Source of the DNA: Blastocystis sp. Blastoise
Lineage: Eukaryota; Protista; Bigyra: Opalinata
Assembly (NCBI GenBank): GCA_039096225.1
Contig: JBBPEB010000034.1
Coordinates: forward strand, 496,001-560,000
Direction: 5' to 3'
DNA: 64,000 bases
The position numbers were made by a program, and so were the translations under genes. Position 1 is the first letter of the stretch, and every line of letters begins with the position of its first letter. Under the pieces are notes generated by a model that ran no database searches, was not told where the DNA came from, and worked only from the letters and a program-made list of their open reading frames with translations. Below are positions 62,751-64,000 of this stretch, piece after piece.

Positions 62751-63028
62751 TTCTATTTAAATTCTACTTAGAAACTATACTAAATAACTATATATCTCTA
62801 AATATATACTTATATATAGGATCATTTTCCAATTCGTCAAATATTTTATGTCCTTATTTTTTCATTAATTCTCTCCTTATTCTTTATTGGGTATATATTT
62901 TACTATTCTATTTCAATTGAGTTATTATCATACATAGAATGTATTATTTGATTCCATCTGGATCGGACGTTATTGGCGGTTATGATCAAATTGTGTCGTC
63001 TATTCCTACAAAGAAACATCATGACTAA
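59559..63028 (+). CDS. Uncharacterised secretory-pathway type-I membrane protein, resembling a plant/protist family of unknown function (~13 introns)
   Basis: Signal peptide; FYDLSA; ILPVFI...LLIDEIHQSRSFDDMVLVIQT; LFGILPSH; C-terminal TM and KKHHD* tail. Confidence 0.7.
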
Positions 63029-63374
63029 TCTAATTACGTATAATAATATATAATATACTCATCTATTATTTGAATCGAAACAAATCCTTACTCTTGACTT
63101 TAAATATGGAATTCTGCTTTCAATTCATTCTTTATCTATTTATTGTAATATTTTCTTCTTTTTCTTTTTTCAAAAACATTTTTTATTCATTATTTATACT
63201 GTTATTTTTCGTTGTATTCGTTCCATTTTCCCATTGTTATGTTATATCGTCTTTCTTCGTTACTTTTTGTGTTAAATAAGACATTTCAATATTATTTCAG
63301 CAACTTAAACTCGTTTTACTCTTTTATTCTATGAGTTATATCACAAATTCGAAAACTGAATTGTGCTGAAAATC

Positions 63375-64000
63375 ATGTTTTCTTTTCATAAACAAAATTT
63401 TTTTTTCATCCTTTTAAGTAATGACAAAGCTTATTATCTATCGTTGTCAATCCTGACAAACAAACGGATACTTCGAAGAACTTGTGTATTCTCTTGGCCT
63501 TAGAATACCTTCTTTAGATCAGAGTATCCAACTTAAAGACTATCCTATATCTAAACCAAAGATTATCTTACGTAACTTGATGTACGTCGTTTATTTTGTT
63601 GCTATCGTGTATATTGCTGCGTTACAACAACGTACAACAAGTGTATTCCTTGATGATAGTACATTCCTTTCTATAAAGCAATTTGTTTTATTATATCGAA
63701 CTTATTTTTTTATCTTCGCTTATGTTATGCTGCAACTAGCTCAGATGACTAGCAGTACGAATGCATGCAGAATAACTTATGGTGGTATGTTCTAACAAAA
63801 ATAATTGGTTTTTTATATATATCTATTCTTTTTTACTATTATTTATATAGATGAAGAAATTTATAATAAATCGAGTGATGAAGATTATCCTGAAGTTGAA
63901 GTATATATATATATATTGTAAAAAAAATTTTGAATCCATTTATATATATATATATAAAGAACTATTATGATGAGTTATAAATAATATGTCTTATTTTATG
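63375..64000 (+). CDS. 5' part of a hypothetical protein (runs off right edge; exon model uncertain)
   Basis: Possible ATG at 63375 with intron 63418-63478; open frame 63484-63784; clear intron 63785-63850 and exon DEEIYNKSSDEDYPEVE. Confidence 0.4.

Overview
Extremely AT-rich (roughly 15-20% GC by eye), intron-dense eukaryotic genomic DNA with about 20 protein-coding genes. The gene set and one large surface-protein family member are most consistent with a Blastocystis-like anaerobic stramenopile (inference). Hand-spliced models give RECQL4-like helicase (partial), ETF-QO, a large type-I surface protein, KTI12, two tandem class-3 lipases, a TAF4/ADA1-like histone-fold protein, neurochondrin-like, CNNM Mg2+ transporter, VTA1, ALG12, GalE, a hypothetical protein, a divergent cullin, TRAP-beta, an intronless legumain, a very divergent PIG-T, RPL35, an uncharacterised membrane protein and a partial gene at the right edge. 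Most supplied ORFs are exon+intron chimeras or microsatellite artefacts. Three observations stand out. (1) A GC-rich ~12-bp palindromic motif, (TTCC|TAAC|TTAC|AAT|ATT)-CRYG-(GGAA|GTTA|ATT|AAT), occurs about 30 times, mostly inside coding exons regardless of frame or strand, like cyanobacterial HIP1. (2) Three clear U12-type AT-AC introns. (3) Four further introns with non-canonical ends (GT-AT, GA-AG, GG-AC, GT-TG) in which every deviant base equals the base of the spliced mRNA: either cDNA-templated conversion/relaxed splicing or an assembly-polishing artefact. No rRNA, tRNA, CRISPR or transposase was recognised. All counts are by hand.
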